Shown here piece by piece: positions 63,074-64,000 of a stretch of 64,000 nt of DNA. Position numbers and translations under genes: made by a program. The notes beneath the pieces are model-generated. The model worked only from the letters and a program-made list of their open reading frames with translations, made no database searches and had not been told where the DNA came from. Source of the stretch: Candidatus Saccharimonadota bacterium (lineage in GTDB: Bacteria; Patescibacteriota; Saccharimonadia; Saccharimonadales; VXPC01); the NCBI GenBank assembly GCA_026707815.1, contig JAPOWB010000006.1, positions 3,830-67,829 on the forward strand, given 5' to 3'. Numbering within the stretch: position 1 is the first letter of the stretch; the number at the start of each line of letters is the position of its first letter.

Positions 63074-63751
63074 ATGAATCTAGAAAACTTTAATCAATCA
63101 CTAGAATCTGATGATTTAAGAATGTCAAAATCAACTCAGTTGCACGAATCTCGTGATTTAGTTGTTGCCAAAGAGTTGCCATCAATGAATTTGCTCCAGC
63201 TATTGGAATTTTTAACGGATTTTCAGTCAATAGAACGAGAAGTCTATGTCCCGAAATTACATAGGCGGGAAAATGACACAGAACATTCTTATAACTTAGC
63301 CTTAGCAGGCTGGTTAATAGTTGAAAAAGATAAATTACCCTTAAATGCTGATTTAGTTATCAAATATGCATTAGTCCATGACTTGGTGGAAGTCTATGCT
63401 GGTGACACTTCAGCTTTGGATGATGAAGGGCGAAAGACCAAGATTGCCAGAGAAAAAACTGCCCTAAAGCGCCTTGATAACGATCAATTGACAACGGAGT
63501 TAGCTGCAATGATCGAAGAATATGAAGAACAGGCTAATCCAGAAAGCCGGTTTGTTTATTCATTGGATAAATTAATGGCAACATTCATGTTAATTCATGG
63601 ACAGAGTTCGGTCTGGAGAGAACATGGTATAACCTATACTGATTGGCAAGATAGGTTTTTAAGCAAATTGCAAGTATCACCCTATTTACAGCCCTATACT
63701 CAAGAACTTCTCCATCAACTTAGAATGAATCCACACTTGCTGGCAGATTGA
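63074..63751 (+). CDS. HD-domain phosphohydrolase (YfbR-like 5'-nucleotidase family)
   Basis: RRENDTEHSYNLALAGW and LVHDLVEVYAGD (H...HD...D metal ligands). I moved the start to the ATG at 63074, preceded by AGGGGA. The ORF-track TTG at 63029 is also possible. Confidence 0.7.
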   Translation: MNLENFNQSLESDDLRMSKSTQLHESRDLVVAKELPSMNLLQLLEFLTDFQSIEREVYVPKLHRRENDTEHSYNLALAGWLIVEKDKLPLNADLVIKYALVHDLVEVYAGDTSALDDEGRKTKIAREKTALKRLDNDQLTTELAAMIEEYEEQANPESRFVYSLDKLMATFMLIHGQSSVWREHGITYTDWQDRFLSKLQVSPYLQPYTQELLHQLRMNPHLLAD

Positions 63752-64000
63752 CTCCCAACTGGCCTTTCAAAATAAAAATTAAGTGAGATTAATTTTACAA
63801 TAAGCTAGTTTGAGTCAATTATTGATTTTTTACTATATTTAACAGATATATTTTTCCAATTAACGAGTTGCTCATTCTTGTTGTAAAAAGCTAGTTTTAG
63901 ACTCTGATTTCCAGTTAATTGGTGTTAGTCTGACATAACTAATTTTTACCCATGATGTTTGTTAAGACCAAAATTAAGGATTTTTCAGATCAGCAACATA

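Noticed and set aside
63952-64000. Possible start of a plus-strand gene (MMFVKTKIKDFSDQQH...) at the window edge
   Set aside because: Only 16 codons are visible, with no recognisable motif and no clear SD. That is too little to call.

Overview
Low-GC, gene-dense bacterial chromosome segment spanning the replication origin: rpmH-rnpA-yidC-jag on the minus strand, a DnaA-box cluster, then dnaA-dnaN on the plus strand. The many divergent orphan proteins, the compact housekeeping set and the secretion genes suggest a small-genome Patescibacteria/CPR-like organism such as Saccharibacteria. That taxonomy is inference only.

Housekeeping content:
- Protein genes: lepA (partial), murJ, ftsH, tilS, a Dus-family enzyme, murC, aspS, a DsbA-like oxidoreductase, a Kef-type antiporter, valS, msrB, argS, a MacB-type ABC pair, groES/groEL, murE, tsaD.
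- tRNAs (8): three with CAU anticodons, Asn-GUU, Arg-GCG, and Ser-UGA/GCU/GGA.
- A probable RNase P RNA sits directly behind tRNA-Asn.

The main finding is a roughly 15-kb type IV secretion-like locus at 23.1-37.9 kb, immediately after dnaN.
- One arm is a tight minus-strand operon: an M15 cell-wall peptidase, a 1066-aa orphan membrane protein, a VirB4-type ATPase preceded by a separate VirB4-N-domain-like gene, a PrgI/VirB3-like protein, a basic orphan, and a VirB6-like protein with a triplicated Cys-rich ectodomain.
- The other arm is a divergent plus-strand array of five pilin-like genes carrying six copies of one conserved membrane-hairpin module.
- No relaxase, coupling protein or VirB11 is recognisable in the window.

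Downstream, 39.4-49.5 kb is an accessory region delimited by tRNA genes.
- It holds a decayed integrative element at the tRNA-Arg 3' end, with a frameshifted recombinase and a DUF4411/PIN-like plus HTH-ImmA/IrrE pair.
- It also holds a secreted protein with perfect 219-bp tandem repeats, a DUF4143 AAA ATPase and an HTH-HAD fusion.

No rRNA and no CRISPR array were seen. All calls come from reading the sequence and ORF translations by eye. RNA ends, start codons and domain assignments are approximate and need HMM or covariance-model confirmation.
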